Source: an uncultured bacterium (lineage in GTDB: Bacteria; Omnitrophota; Omnitrophia; Omnitrophales; Abzuiibacteriaceae). Taken from it: a DNA stretch of 64,000 nucleotides. A program made the translations under genes and the position numbers. Below are positions 28,014 through 36,556 of this stretch, one piece after another. The notes beneath the pieces are model-generated. The model searched no databases, was not told the DNA's origin, and was given only the letters and a program-made list of their open reading frames with translations. Location: positions 1-64,000 of the forward strand of contig CAYLXA010000006.1 in the NCBI GenBank assembly GCA_964387845.1, given 5' to 3'. Within the stretch, counting starts at the first letter, position 1; every line of letters begins with the position of its first letter.

Positions 28014-29429
28014 ATGGATATGATTTTTGGAATTATTATAATTATTTGTATTTATGCAGCGTGGATTTTCTTGACAGTAAAGTCATTCAATCACCCCCGC
28101 ATTTTATTTTTAACCTCAGTTATTCTTGTTTCATTTGTAAACTTTTCTTTTTCTGATAATGAACTTTTCAGTCGTTTTGCTATCCCCGACGTTCTTTTTG
28201 TAACGCTCTTTGGGATTTATTTATTACGCGTTGCTCTGCTCCAAAGAGAAGAAATAGTTTTGCCTAAGAGCGCCTGCTTTGTCTTATTAATTTTTATTAC
28301 CGCTATTTTCCTTTCTTTTCTAAGCGCAATTCCAGATTCTGATATGATTTTTGGCGGAGGAGAATTTCTGATCATTTTGCAAGGCATTCTTGTTTTTGTT
28401 ATGGGAGTTCATTATGTTAAAACTGAACAAGAATTTATATCGTTTCTTAAAATGTGGATGATTTCCGTGATTTTGACATCAATTGTCTGTTTTATCGATA
28501 TGGGTGATATGATTTTTGCTCCTCCCGTTATCGAGAAGCTTCCATTTGCACATAGCGGATTTTTCGGGATTTTTGACCTTCTGTCCAAACAGACTTTCAT
28601 TCATGATTTCTTGTCTCCGTGGCCTTCTAGAATTATGGGCCCGTTTCGTTCGAATGGCCAGTTGGGCAGTTATTCATTAACATCATTCTTTGTAATGCTG
28701 GCCTATCTGTATGCGCCGGGTCAAACAGCCAAAACAAAAAAAGTAATTATCTTCCTTGCTTGGTGTCTCGGAATTTTTACTTTTCTGTCTATGGCGCTGA
28801 GGTTTTTGCCTAGTTTTGCTTTAGGGCTTGGGTTGTACGCTGTTTTCACTTTCAGGAAGTCTAAAAGACAAGGTTTTATTTTGTTGTGCTTGATAGCCGC
28901 GGCCGTGCTGCTGATTGTATCGATCGCTGCTTTTAATCCGCAGCTAGTTCCAAAATGGGCTCGCGATCTTAACATCACCAACACGCAGGTGGGAACAATG
29001 GGGAGCAAGCCGCTTCGTGCATGGGCTTTGTCATCCGTGCAAGAAGCATTTCTAAATCATCCATTGTTTGGCGTTGGGTTTGGCCGTTTTATCCAATCAG
29101 ATTATATTAATTTGACGCGCGGCTTTGAAATTCATAGCACACCGCTTCAATTTCTTGCCGAAACTGGAGCGGTAGGATTTCTTGCGTACTTATTTATGAT
29201 GGCGTATTTTGGTTATCTTGCTTTTCGTAACATTGTCTTGTCTCGTTTGAATGAATGGAAGGATTTTTTTATGGTACTCGCGTTTGGAATTTTATCGCTT
29301 CCAATCAGTTACTTATATAACCGACATCTCAAAGAACGAACCTTTTGGTTTTTGTTAATCTTAATTTATGCCGGATATCGATTTTTAAATGAAAGGCGCC
29401 TGCTTCAAGGCAAAAAAATCCAGACGTGA
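28014..29429 (+). CDS. Wzy_C/O-antigen-ligase-family polytopic membrane protein (polymerase or ligase)
   Basis: ≥10 TM helices; 'EIHSTPLQFLAETGAVGFLAY' Wzy_C loop motif. Paralogue of the 42748..44124 CDS, sharing a C-terminal 'YLYNRHL(K/R)ERTFW' block. Confidence 0.5.
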   Translation: MDMIFGIIIIICIYAAWIFLTVKSFNHPRILFLTSVILVSFVNFSFSDNELFSRFAIPDVLFVTLFGIYLLRVALLQREEIVLPKSACFVLLIFITAIFLSFLSAIPDSDMIFGGGEFLIILQGILVFVMGVHYVKTEQEFISFLKMWMISVILTSIVCFIDMGDMIFAPPVIEKLPFAHSGFFGIFDLLSKQTFIHDFLSPWPSRIMGPFRSNGQLGSYSLTSFFVMLAYLYAPGQTAKTKKVIIFLAWCLGIFTFLSMALRFLPSFALGLGLYAVFTFRKSKRQGFILLCLIAAAVLLIVSIAAFNPQLVPKWARDLNITNTQVGTMGSKPLRAWALSSVQEAFLNHPLFGVGFGRFIQSDYINLTRGFEIHSTPLQFLAETGAVGFLAYLFMMAYFGYLAFRNIVLSRLNEWKDFFMVLAFGILSLPISYLYNRHLKERTFWFLLILIYAGYRFLNERRLLQGKKIQT

Positions 29430-30571
29430 AACTGTTTTCTCAAGCGTCAATGTTGGCTGATCGCTGTATCATGTTTGTGGCGGTGAAAGGATTTGCTCTT
29501 AGCAACTCAAGACTCCCTTTGATGAAGTTCTTTATTAAGCAGGGGTGGAGAGTAGTTGCGGCAACTTCCGAAGACGATCATATCAACCATTTAAAGAACG
29601 AAGGCGTCATTGTTGAACCGATTTCATTTCGAAGAGGCGGTTTTCATCCATTTTCAGATTTCCGTGCACTAATTCAATTAATCAAAGTTTATCATCGCTA
29701 TCGACCGGCTCTGATCCAGCATTTCAATGGTAAGCCGATTGTTTTAGGAAATTTTGCCGCGCTTTGTCTGAAAAAAGTACTGATTGTGAATACGGTCACA
29801 GGCCTTGGGCATGCGTTTCTGGAGATGAATTTTTCATTCCGGCTGTTTGCATGGATTTATCAATTATTTTGCAGCCGCGCGGCTGCAACTATTTTCCAGA
29901 ACGAAAGCGACTATGAAGTTTTTGTTAAAAACGGTTGGGTCAATTCAAAAAGAGCGCATGTGATTGTCAGTTCGGGAATTGATTTTGAAAGATTTATAGG
30001 TGATCCTAAAAAAAGAACCGAAACGCCCACTATTTTACTGGCAGCTCGGCTTGTCTGGATGAAAGGCATCTCTGAATTTGTGGATGCTGCCCGGGAAATT
30101 AAATCCCGATTTCCGGCTGCACGCTTTTTTTTAGCTGGCGCGCCGGATTTAATTCATCCCGATTCGATTCCCATGGACTGGGTGCGTGAACGGACCCGGG
30201 AAGGCGTGATTGAGTATTTGGGCTATGTTGAACATCCCGAGAAACTATTGCAAACCGTTTGGGTTTGCGTATTGCCGTCTTACCGGGAAGGTGTTTCAAG
30301 AATTTTACTTGAAGCAGCGGCTTGCGAAGTGCCGATCGTGGCAACCGATGTCCCGGGCTGCAGGGAAACCGTCCAAGATGGAAAAACGGGAATATTGGTA
30401 CCTCCGCGCGATCGGCAGGCTTTGGTGCAAGCAATTACAAAATTACTGCAAAACCCCAAAGAAGCTCAGAAAATGGGCGAGCAAGGAAGGCGATTTGTTC
30501 GTGACAAATTTGATGTTCACCAGATCATGCAAAAATATATTCAAATTTATCAATTGATCGGTTTGAACTGA
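29426..30571 (+). CDS. GT4-family glycosyltransferase
   Basis: 'SYREGVSRILLEAAACEVPIVATDVPGCRETVQDGKTGILV' (E-x7-E motif). Start could be a downstream ATG (29450). Confidence 0.75.
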   Translation: MKLFSQASMLADRCIMFVAVKGFALSNSRLPLMKFFIKQGWRVVAATSEDDHINHLKNEGVIVEPISFRRGGFHPFSDFRALIQLIKVYHRYRPALIQHFNGKPIVLGNFAALCLKKVLIVNTVTGLGHAFLEMNFSFRLFAWIYQLFCSRAAATIFQNESDYEVFVKNGWVNSKRAHVIVSSGIDFERFIGDPKKRTETPTILLAARLVWMKGISEFVDAAREIKSRFPAARFFLAGAPDLIHPDSIPMDWVRERTREGVIEYLGYVEHPEKLLQTVWVCVLPSYREGVSRILLEAAACEVPIVATDVPGCRETVQDGKTGILVPPRDRQALVQAITKLLQNPKEAQKMGEQGRRFVRDKFDVHQIMQKYIQIYQLIGLN

Positions 30572-31434
30572 TGTCCGTACTTGATAAGCCCGTTTTTATT
30601 GTCGGAGCACCCAGATGCGGCAAAAAAATGACAGCAGAAGTTCTTGCCAGGGACTCGTCTGTGTATGCTTTTCAGTATGAAATGAATTTTTTGTGGCGTT
30701 ATGGTCACGCAGCGTTTCCGCACGATCGGCTGACTCCCCAAATGTTGTCCAATGATATCAAGACCTACATCCAAGATCAATTTACAGGGGTGCTAGGCAA
30801 GCATGGTAAACTGCGCATTGTGGACCGGACAGATCATAATGTGGTTCGCCTTGATTATGTCAACGCTGTTTTCCCGGACAGTTTTTTCATTTTTGTCGTG
30901 CGGGACCCGCGAGCTGCAGTTGCTTCCGCTATCCGGCGCCGGCAAGAGAAAGTTGGCTTCGTTCCTTATCTCAAGAAGTCGTTAACGGTTCCGACGCGGG
31001 ATTTGATATATTATGGCTTTCGGTATTTGAGTGACATTGCGCAAGCGCGGCTCAGAAAAAACGGCTATAAGAATTTGTGGGGCATTCGAACGCCGCAAAC
31101 TCTATCTTTAAGTCCCGAAAGCTCATTGGCCGAGAAATGCGCAGTACAGTGGAAGGAATGTGTACTGGCAGGCCTGCAATTTTCAAAAACATTTCCGCCG
31201 GAACGGTTTCTGATCGCTCGGTATGAGAAGTTAACCAGAGATCCGGTTGGTGAATTTAAGCGGATATTTGATTTTGCCGCTCTGTCTTGGAATTCTGAAA
31301 TTGCAAAGTGGGTGACCGAGAATGTTCATACTAATAGTATGGATAAATGGAAACAGCAGTTAAGCGATGACGATTTGCTGCAAGTACAATTACACACAAA
31401 AGATCTGGCGCAACGATTAAGTTACTCATTTTAA
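30571..31434 (+). CDS. sulfotransferase-family protein (Sulfotransfer_3-like)
   Basis: P-loop-like 5'-PSB 'GAPRCGKKMT' near the N-terminus and a 3'-PB-like 'VVRDPRAAVAS'. Confidence 0.55.
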   Translation: MSVLDKPVFIVGAPRCGKKMTAEVLARDSSVYAFQYEMNFLWRYGHAAFPHDRLTPQMLSNDIKTYIQDQFTGVLGKHGKLRIVDRTDHNVVRLDYVNAVFPDSFFIFVVRDPRAAVASAIRRRQEKVGFVPYLKKSLTVPTRDLIYYGFRYLSDIAQARLRKNGYKNLWGIRTPQTLSLSPESSLAEKCAVQWKECVLAGLQFSKTFPPERFLIARYEKLTRDPVGEFKRIFDFAALSWNSEIAKWVTENVHTNSMDKWKQQLSDDDLLQVQLHTKDLAQRLSYSF

Positions 31435-31444
31435 CTTCAATTTT

Positions 31445-32110
31445 ATGAATAAAGATTGGACCCACGAATTTCATGCAAGGTTTCATCCAAAAGGATTGAG
31501 TCTTGGTGAGCGGTTTTTTAAGAGAGCATTTGACATTACGGTGGCAATACTTGGTTTATGTTTAACGTGGTGGGTTATTGTGATTGCATTTATTTTGGCT
31601 TGGCTTGATACCAGGCAATCGGGTTTTTTTGTTCAAAATCGCGTGGGATATCGTGGAAAATTATTCAAACTTCTAAAAATAAGGTCAATGCGGGATAATC
31701 CTGCCATTAAAACAACCGTAACAACCGCTAATGATCCACGTATTACAAAGTTAGGCAAGTTCTTCAGAAAGACCAAAATTGACGAACTGCCGCAACTTTT
31801 TAATGTTCTGTGGGGAGATATGACCTTGGTGGGCCCGAGGCCTGATGTTATGGGGTTTGCAGATCGTTTAGAAGGAGATGATCGAATCATTCTCTCCATT
31901 CGTCCCGGGATTATTGGTCCGGGCACGCTCAAATATTTGTATGAAGAAGAAGAGTTGGCCCGACAGTCGAATCCGGAACAGTATAATCGCGAAGTTATTT
32001 TTCCGGATAAAGTCAGGCTGAATCGCGCATATATTGAAAACTATTCTTTCTGGAACGATCTCAAATATATTTATAAAACCTTGCAACGCATTAAATACCA
32101 TCAACAATAA
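31445..32110 (+). CDS. second small initiating phosphoglycosyltransferase (bacterial sugar transferase family)
   Basis: 'RAFDI' + TM + 'GFFVQNRVGYRGKLFKLLKIRSM', 'ELPQLFNVLWGDMTLVGPRP' motifs; paralogous to the 25556..26173 CDS. Confidence 0.75.
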   Translation: MNKDWTHEFHARFHPKGLSLGERFFKRAFDITVAILGLCLTWWVIVIAFILAWLDTRQSGFFVQNRVGYRGKLFKLLKIRSMRDNPAIKTTVTTANDPRITKLGKFFRKTKIDELPQLFNVLWGDMTLVGPRPDVMGFADRLEGDDRIILSIRPGIIGPGTLKYLYEEEELARQSNPEQYNREVIFPDKVRLNRAYIENYSFWNDLKYIYKTLQRIKYHQQ

Positions 32111-32128
32111 TTCTCAAAAAGGATCCGT

Positions 32129-33106
32129 ATGGGTATTTCAGGTTTAAAGAAGGTTGATATTATTGCGACAGTGGGCCCAAGGTCGTTGTCTAAGCAAGTT
32201 ATTTGTGACATGATTGATGCGGGCGCCTCTATCTTGCGGATCAACGGATCGCATGAGAATTTGGAAAGCATTCGAGTTTGTGCTAGCCAGCTACGCAAAT
32301 GGATGGGCAAGCGCGCTAAAATCTTAGTAGATATTCCGGGCAATAAGATCAGGACCATGCATTTGGGCGACCCTATTATTTTGAAACCCGGAAAAGAAAT
32401 TCAGCTTTTCAAGCATCAGGTTAATTTCCCCGGTTTTTTTAAATTGCTCAGAAAGGGTGACACCATTCTGGCGAATGACGGCTTGGTCAGGTTCAAGGTG
32501 CAAAAACCATCCGGCGAGGCAATTGTATTTAAATCAGAAACGGAAGGAAAGCTTGAGAATAATAAAGGATTCCACGTATCACGAAAACTTTCCTTACCGT
32601 TTTTGTTTGAAAAGGATATCCAGATTTTTAAATTAGCCAAACAAATTGGAATCGATTTTGTCGGTCTTTCATTTGTACGCTCGGCGGACGATGTTCGAGA
32701 GGCAAGGCAATATTTCAAGAATAGTAAAACCAAGCTTTTGGTCAAGGTCGAAACCCGGGGTGCGGTTGACCGGCTTGAAGAAATATTGGCGGAATCCGAT
32801 CAAATTTTGATTGACCGGGGCGATCTTGCGGCTGAAATTGGTTTTGAAAATGTTTCATGTGTTCAAACTAAAGTAATCAGCGCTGCCAAGAAGAGAAAAG
32901 TCCGCGTTGCATTGGCAACGCAGTTTCTGCACAGTATGGTTGATCGCGATGTTCCTTTGATTGCTGAGGTGGATTCGCTTTATTACGCAATCCGATCAGG
33001 GATTGATGCCGTTCAAGTATCGGAAGAAACTTCGATTGGCCGGTTTCCCGAAAAAGTAATTCGAGTTTTAACTACCATGATTCAGCAAAGCAAGAGAAAA
33101 GTTTAG
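32129..33106 (+). CDS. pyruvate-kinase-like barrel-domain protein lacking the C-terminal regulatory domain
   Basis: 'KIIATVGPRS', 'RINGSHE' (cf. NFSHG), 'ILVDIPGNKIRT', 'VKVETRGAV', 'IDRGDLAAEIG' all align to PK catalytic motifs. Only 325 aa against ~470 for canonical PK. Confidence 0.55.
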   Translation: MGISGLKKVDIIATVGPRSLSKQVICDMIDAGASILRINGSHENLESIRVCASQLRKWMGKRAKILVDIPGNKIRTMHLGDPIILKPGKEIQLFKHQVNFPGFFKLLRKGDTILANDGLVRFKVQKPSGEAIVFKSETEGKLENNKGFHVSRKLSLPFLFEKDIQIFKLAKQIGIDFVGLSFVRSADDVREARQYFKNSKTKLLVKVETRGAVDRLEEILAESDQILIDRGDLAAEIGFENVSCVQTKVISAAKKRKVRVALATQFLHSMVDRDVPLIAEVDSLYYAIRSGIDAVQVSEETSIGRFPEKVIRVLTTMIQQSKRKV

Positions 33107-33108
33107 GC

Positions 33109-34053
33109 ATGATTGCTCGCTATTTCAAGAAGGCGCTGGAATATAGCCGGCTAATTCCTATTTGGGAAGAATTTTTATGGCAGAAATCCTACATGGAAGC
33201 CTCTGCGTCGTCGCGGCTATCGGATTTGCGTTCTTTGTGTTTTATGGTTGGACCCAACCGCAATTTGGCCTCTCTCGTAGCGTTGCTTATTTACTTACAT
33301 AAGAACGGGGAAGCCGTGAACCATGCGGGTAGCCGTATTTTTCCTAAAAAAGAAATTGATATTTGGCATCAATGTTCCGAGAACCGTTTTGATTTATTTT
33401 GCCGCTATCTTGAATTTCTTTCGAGCCGCGGAATGCGAGGGCAGACAGGGGGATCTATTCGCTACTCAAATGCTGTGGCAGATCACCCTGAAGCCAAGCA
33501 GCTTGTGCTCAATCGATTTCCGGATTTAAACCGCCGGTCGCCTGTCCATGCGTTGGTGTGGAAAGAGCCTTTAATGATTTACAAGTTTCTGGCTAGCGAT
33601 GGAATGAAGACTGTAGAGTTGTTAAAGTGCTATCAAAAAATTAAGTTGCTTTTGCCGGTTAGAAATCCTCTGGATTGCGCCATTTCAAATAAGAATTTAG
33701 GAGAACGTTGGCTTAAGCGGGCCTATGGCCTTACCGATTTTAGTCTCGAGTCGGTTCTAGAAGCTTTATTTAAGATATATCATTCATTTTTTACATGGAG
33801 TAAAACGTACCCGGGTCGGTGCATGGCGCTGTTTGAGAACGAATGCTCTGAAAATACGCTGAGCCAACTGGCGCAATTTCTCTCCCTAGAGCATGATCCT
33901 GCATGGATTGTGGATTGTTTGCAGGTTTGGAAAGTCAATCAGCACTATCGGTGGGAAAAGTCATGGCTGGAATACTATAAAATTTTGTGCGATCGTTATT
34001 TCTCAGATGTTCCCGAGATTAAAAATCGGTTTTTATTAATGGTAGGATCTTGA
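33109..34053 (+). CDS. hypothetical protein, possibly divergent sulfotransferase (RNPLD 3'-PB-like motif)
   Basis: 'LLLPVRNPLDCAISNK' resembles the sulfotransferase 3'-phosphate-binding motif (RNPKD/RDPRD). No clear 5'-PSB loop was found. Confidence 0.3.
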   Translation: MIARYFKKALEYSRLIPIWEEFLWQKSYMEASASSRLSDLRSLCFMVGPNRNLASLVALLIYLHKNGEAVNHAGSRIFPKKEIDIWHQCSENRFDLFCRYLEFLSSRGMRGQTGGSIRYSNAVADHPEAKQLVLNRFPDLNRRSPVHALVWKEPLMIYKFLASDGMKTVELLKCYQKIKLLLPVRNPLDCAISNKNLGERWLKRAYGLTDFSLESVLEALFKIYHSFFTWSKTYPGRCMALFENECSENTLSQLAQFLSLEHDPAWIVDCLQVWKVNQHYRWEKSWLEYYKILCDRYFSDVPEIKNRFLLMVGS

Positions 34054-34072
34054 AAATCAGGAGTATGGGCTT

Positions 34073-34969
34073 ATGCTAGAATTAAAATCTACCGCTTCAT
34101 ATGTTGAGACGATCCGGAGCAGACGCGCGGGCCTTAAGTTCAATTTTATCCGATCGGCGCTTTCGAAATTCTATAACCAACTATGCCTAAGATTCGAAAA
34201 TCAGTTTTTCATTTCGTTTCCAAAATGCGGGCGGACATGGTTGCGCTTCTTTCTTGCGAAATACATCGCAGATAAGTACCAAGTTCCTTTCATGCTGGAT
34301 CATTCGGTTGTCATGCGCGCCCTGAGCTTTGGAACCGGATTTAACTTTGCGCCTCATTTTCATTTTACACATTCAGGTTTTGATGTTCCCGATAAGAATC
34401 AATTTAATAAAATAGCAAAAGCGTTTCGAGGTAAAAAAATCCATTTTCTCATCCGGGATCCAAGAGATGTGGTTATTTCGTACTATTGGCACTATCAAAA
34501 AAGACAGAAGCGATTGAATAAGGATGTTCCACGCGATACGCCGCTTTCGGTTTTTCTGCGTCATCCGGAGGTCGGAATTTCTCAAATCATTGAATTCATG
34601 AACCGTTGGTATGATCAGAGAGGAGACTTTAGTCAATTTTCAATTTGGTGTTACCAGGATTTTAAAAAAGATTCCGGTTTGTTATTTAAAAAGCTTTTGG
34701 AAGGCGTTGGAGAAGGGAAGATTGATCAAGAAGTTTTTGAAAATGCGCTGCAATATTCTAACTTCGATAACATGCGGGCAATGGAATTGAATCAAAAAAT
34801 TAAAGATCCTATGTTGCGCACGCTTGATACGGGCGATCCTGAGGCATTCAAAGTGAGGCGGGGTGTTATCGGGGGATATCGTGACTACTTTTCAAAAGAA
34901 GATCTTGTATTTGCCAATTCGGAAATGGCCAAACTGAATACTAATTTTGGTTACTCGGTTGATCGATAG
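34073..34969 (+). CDS. sulfotransferase (Sulfotransfer_1-like; PAPS-dependent)
   Basis: 5'-PSB 'FPKCGRTWL' (cf. PKSGTTW) and 3'-PB 'FLIRDPRDVVISYYWHY'. Confidence 0.7.
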   Translation: MLELKSTASYVETIRSRRAGLKFNFIRSALSKFYNQLCLRFENQFFISFPKCGRTWLRFFLAKYIADKYQVPFMLDHSVVMRALSFGTGFNFAPHFHFTHSGFDVPDKNQFNKIAKAFRGKKIHFLIRDPRDVVISYYWHYQKRQKRLNKDVPRDTPLSVFLRHPEVGISQIIEFMNRWYDQRGDFSQFSIWCYQDFKKDSGLLFKKLLEGVGEGKIDQEVFENALQYSNFDNMRAMELNQKIKDPMLRTLDTGDPEAFKVRRGVIGGYRDYFSKEDLVFANSEMAKLNTNFGYSVDR

Positions 34970-34981
34970 CGAATCGAACTT

Positions 34982-35860
34982 ATGGCTTTTCATTGTTTCT
35001 CGGTCGACGTAGAGGGGTTTTGCGAGTCAAACTCCGAGTCGTTCACCGTCCCATCTGGATTAATCGCCAATCGATCGGAGTTAGACGAAATTCAGGCAAA
35101 TATTGAAACGACACTTCAGCTGCTCTCACAATTTCATGTGAAAGCAACTTTTTTTTGTTTGGGTCATTTGGCTTCTCAACGGCCGGAAATTATTAGGGCC
35201 ATAGCAAATGAGAAACATGAAATCGGTTCGCACGGTTATTGGCACAAACGGTTGTTCAATTTAAAGTCGGCGGATCTTGCGGAGTCAATTATCCGATCCA
35301 AAGAAGAACTCGAACAAGTATCCGGCCAAAAAGTTCTCGGTTTCAGGGCGCCCGATTTTTCAATTCAAGCAAGTAATATAAAAGTGTTAGATCTTATTCA
35401 AAAAGCTGGTTACTTGTATGATTCCTCAATTTATCCAATTTCCATGCACGATGTTTACGGTATTCCGGGGGCCAGAAGAGACCTTCATCAATTGGCCAAT
35501 GGAATGATCGAGTTTCCGCCGTCCTCTATCCGTTTCTTAGGTGTGTCCTTTCCGGTTCTTGGAGGCGGATATTTTCGTTTGGCGCCCTTGTGGGTTTCGC
35601 GCTTGGCACTGAAACATTTTACGAGGGCCGGAATGCCTGCGATGATGTATCTCCATCCATACGAAATAGGAGACCGATTTCCCCAAGTTTCCAACCTGTC
35701 TCCTTACCGGAAGTTTCGTCATTATATCAATCTATCAAAAGGAAAGCGCAGACTTCAGTCCATTTTTAAAGAACACAAATTTTATCCGGCAGCAGAATTC
35801 GTTAGTTCCTTCCAAACAGCAAATTCAACACTAAAAGGCAATGTCGATACTTCAAATTAA
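34982..35860 (+). CDS. polysaccharide deacetylase family protein of the PEP-CTERM/exosortase-locus type (NodB-like + DUF3473)
   Basis: 'FSVDVEGF', 'HEIGSHGYWH' NodB motifs; the C-terminal 'GGGYFRL.P' block is typical of the XrtA-locus deacetylase subfamily. Confidence 0.6.
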   Translation: MAFHCFSVDVEGFCESNSESFTVPSGLIANRSELDEIQANIETTLQLLSQFHVKATFFCLGHLASQRPEIIRAIANEKHEIGSHGYWHKRLFNLKSADLAESIIRSKEELEQVSGQKVLGFRAPDFSIQASNIKVLDLIQKAGYLYDSSIYPISMHDVYGIPGARRDLHQLANGMIEFPPSSIRFLGVSFPVLGGGYFRLAPLWVSRLALKHFTRAGMPAMMYLHPYEIGDRFPQVSNLSPYRKFRHYINLSKGKRRLQSIFKEHKFYPAAEFVSSFQTANSTLKGNVDTSN

Positions 35861-35926
35861 GTGGGGCGGTTTACGGGATAAAGAGCGCGCCACTGATAAA
35901 CCCGGCAATGCATTGCGGTGAAAACC

Positions 35927-36556
35927 ATGAAATACGGTTTACGTTCAGCTATTGCACATCTTCAAATCGAGGGGCTTGGGGCTTTCTTGCTTCGTGCTTT
36001 TCAGATTTTTCTTCGATTATTTTATTATGATATGAAAGCCGAGCTTTTATCGCTTGATTTTAAGCAGCCCTTTTCATTCTCGCATGGTAAAACCTCGCTC
36101 CAAATAGACAAATTGGCTGACGGCGATATCAAGGCTTTGTCTAAAATTACGATGTATGATGAATCGGAAATTCAGAGGAGGCTTCACCGGGGTCAATTTT
36201 GCATGATCGCAAAAGTTGACGGCAATATTGTGCATTACTCATGGGTAACCCGTGAAGTTCAGCAGGCTGACGAAATAGAATCGACACTTCAATTCCAACC
36301 CGGTTGTTTCTATATCTACAACTGCAGAACCCTAAAAAAATTTCGCGGGCTTGGAATTTTTCCGAGCGTGCTTGGTCAAATCATTCATGAAACAAAAGCG
36401 AGGGGAGCATCCAAGGCTTATGCGTTAGTCACGTCTATGAATCATGCCTCAAAGCGCTCATTTTCTAAACTTCATTTTCTGCCTGAGCGAGAATTTAGAG
36501 TAACGCGGATTTTATTCTGGTATTTTGGAAAGCATCAAAACTTATACAGGATTTAA
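35927..36556 (+). CDS. GNAT-fold acyltransferase-like protein
   Basis: 'CRTLKKFRGLGIFPSVLGQII' resembles the GNAT motif A (R/Q-x-x-G-x-G/A). GTG at 35918 is an alternative start. Confidence 0.35.
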   Translation: MKYGLRSAIAHLQIEGLGAFLLRAFQIFLRLFYYDMKAELLSLDFKQPFSFSHGKTSLQIDKLADGDIKALSKITMYDESEIQRRLHRGQFCMIAKVDGNIVHYSWVTREVQQADEIESTLQFQPGCFYIYNCRTLKKFRGLGIFPSVLGQIIHETKARGASKAYALVTSMNHASKRSFSKLHFLPEREFRVTRILFWYFGKHQNLYRI

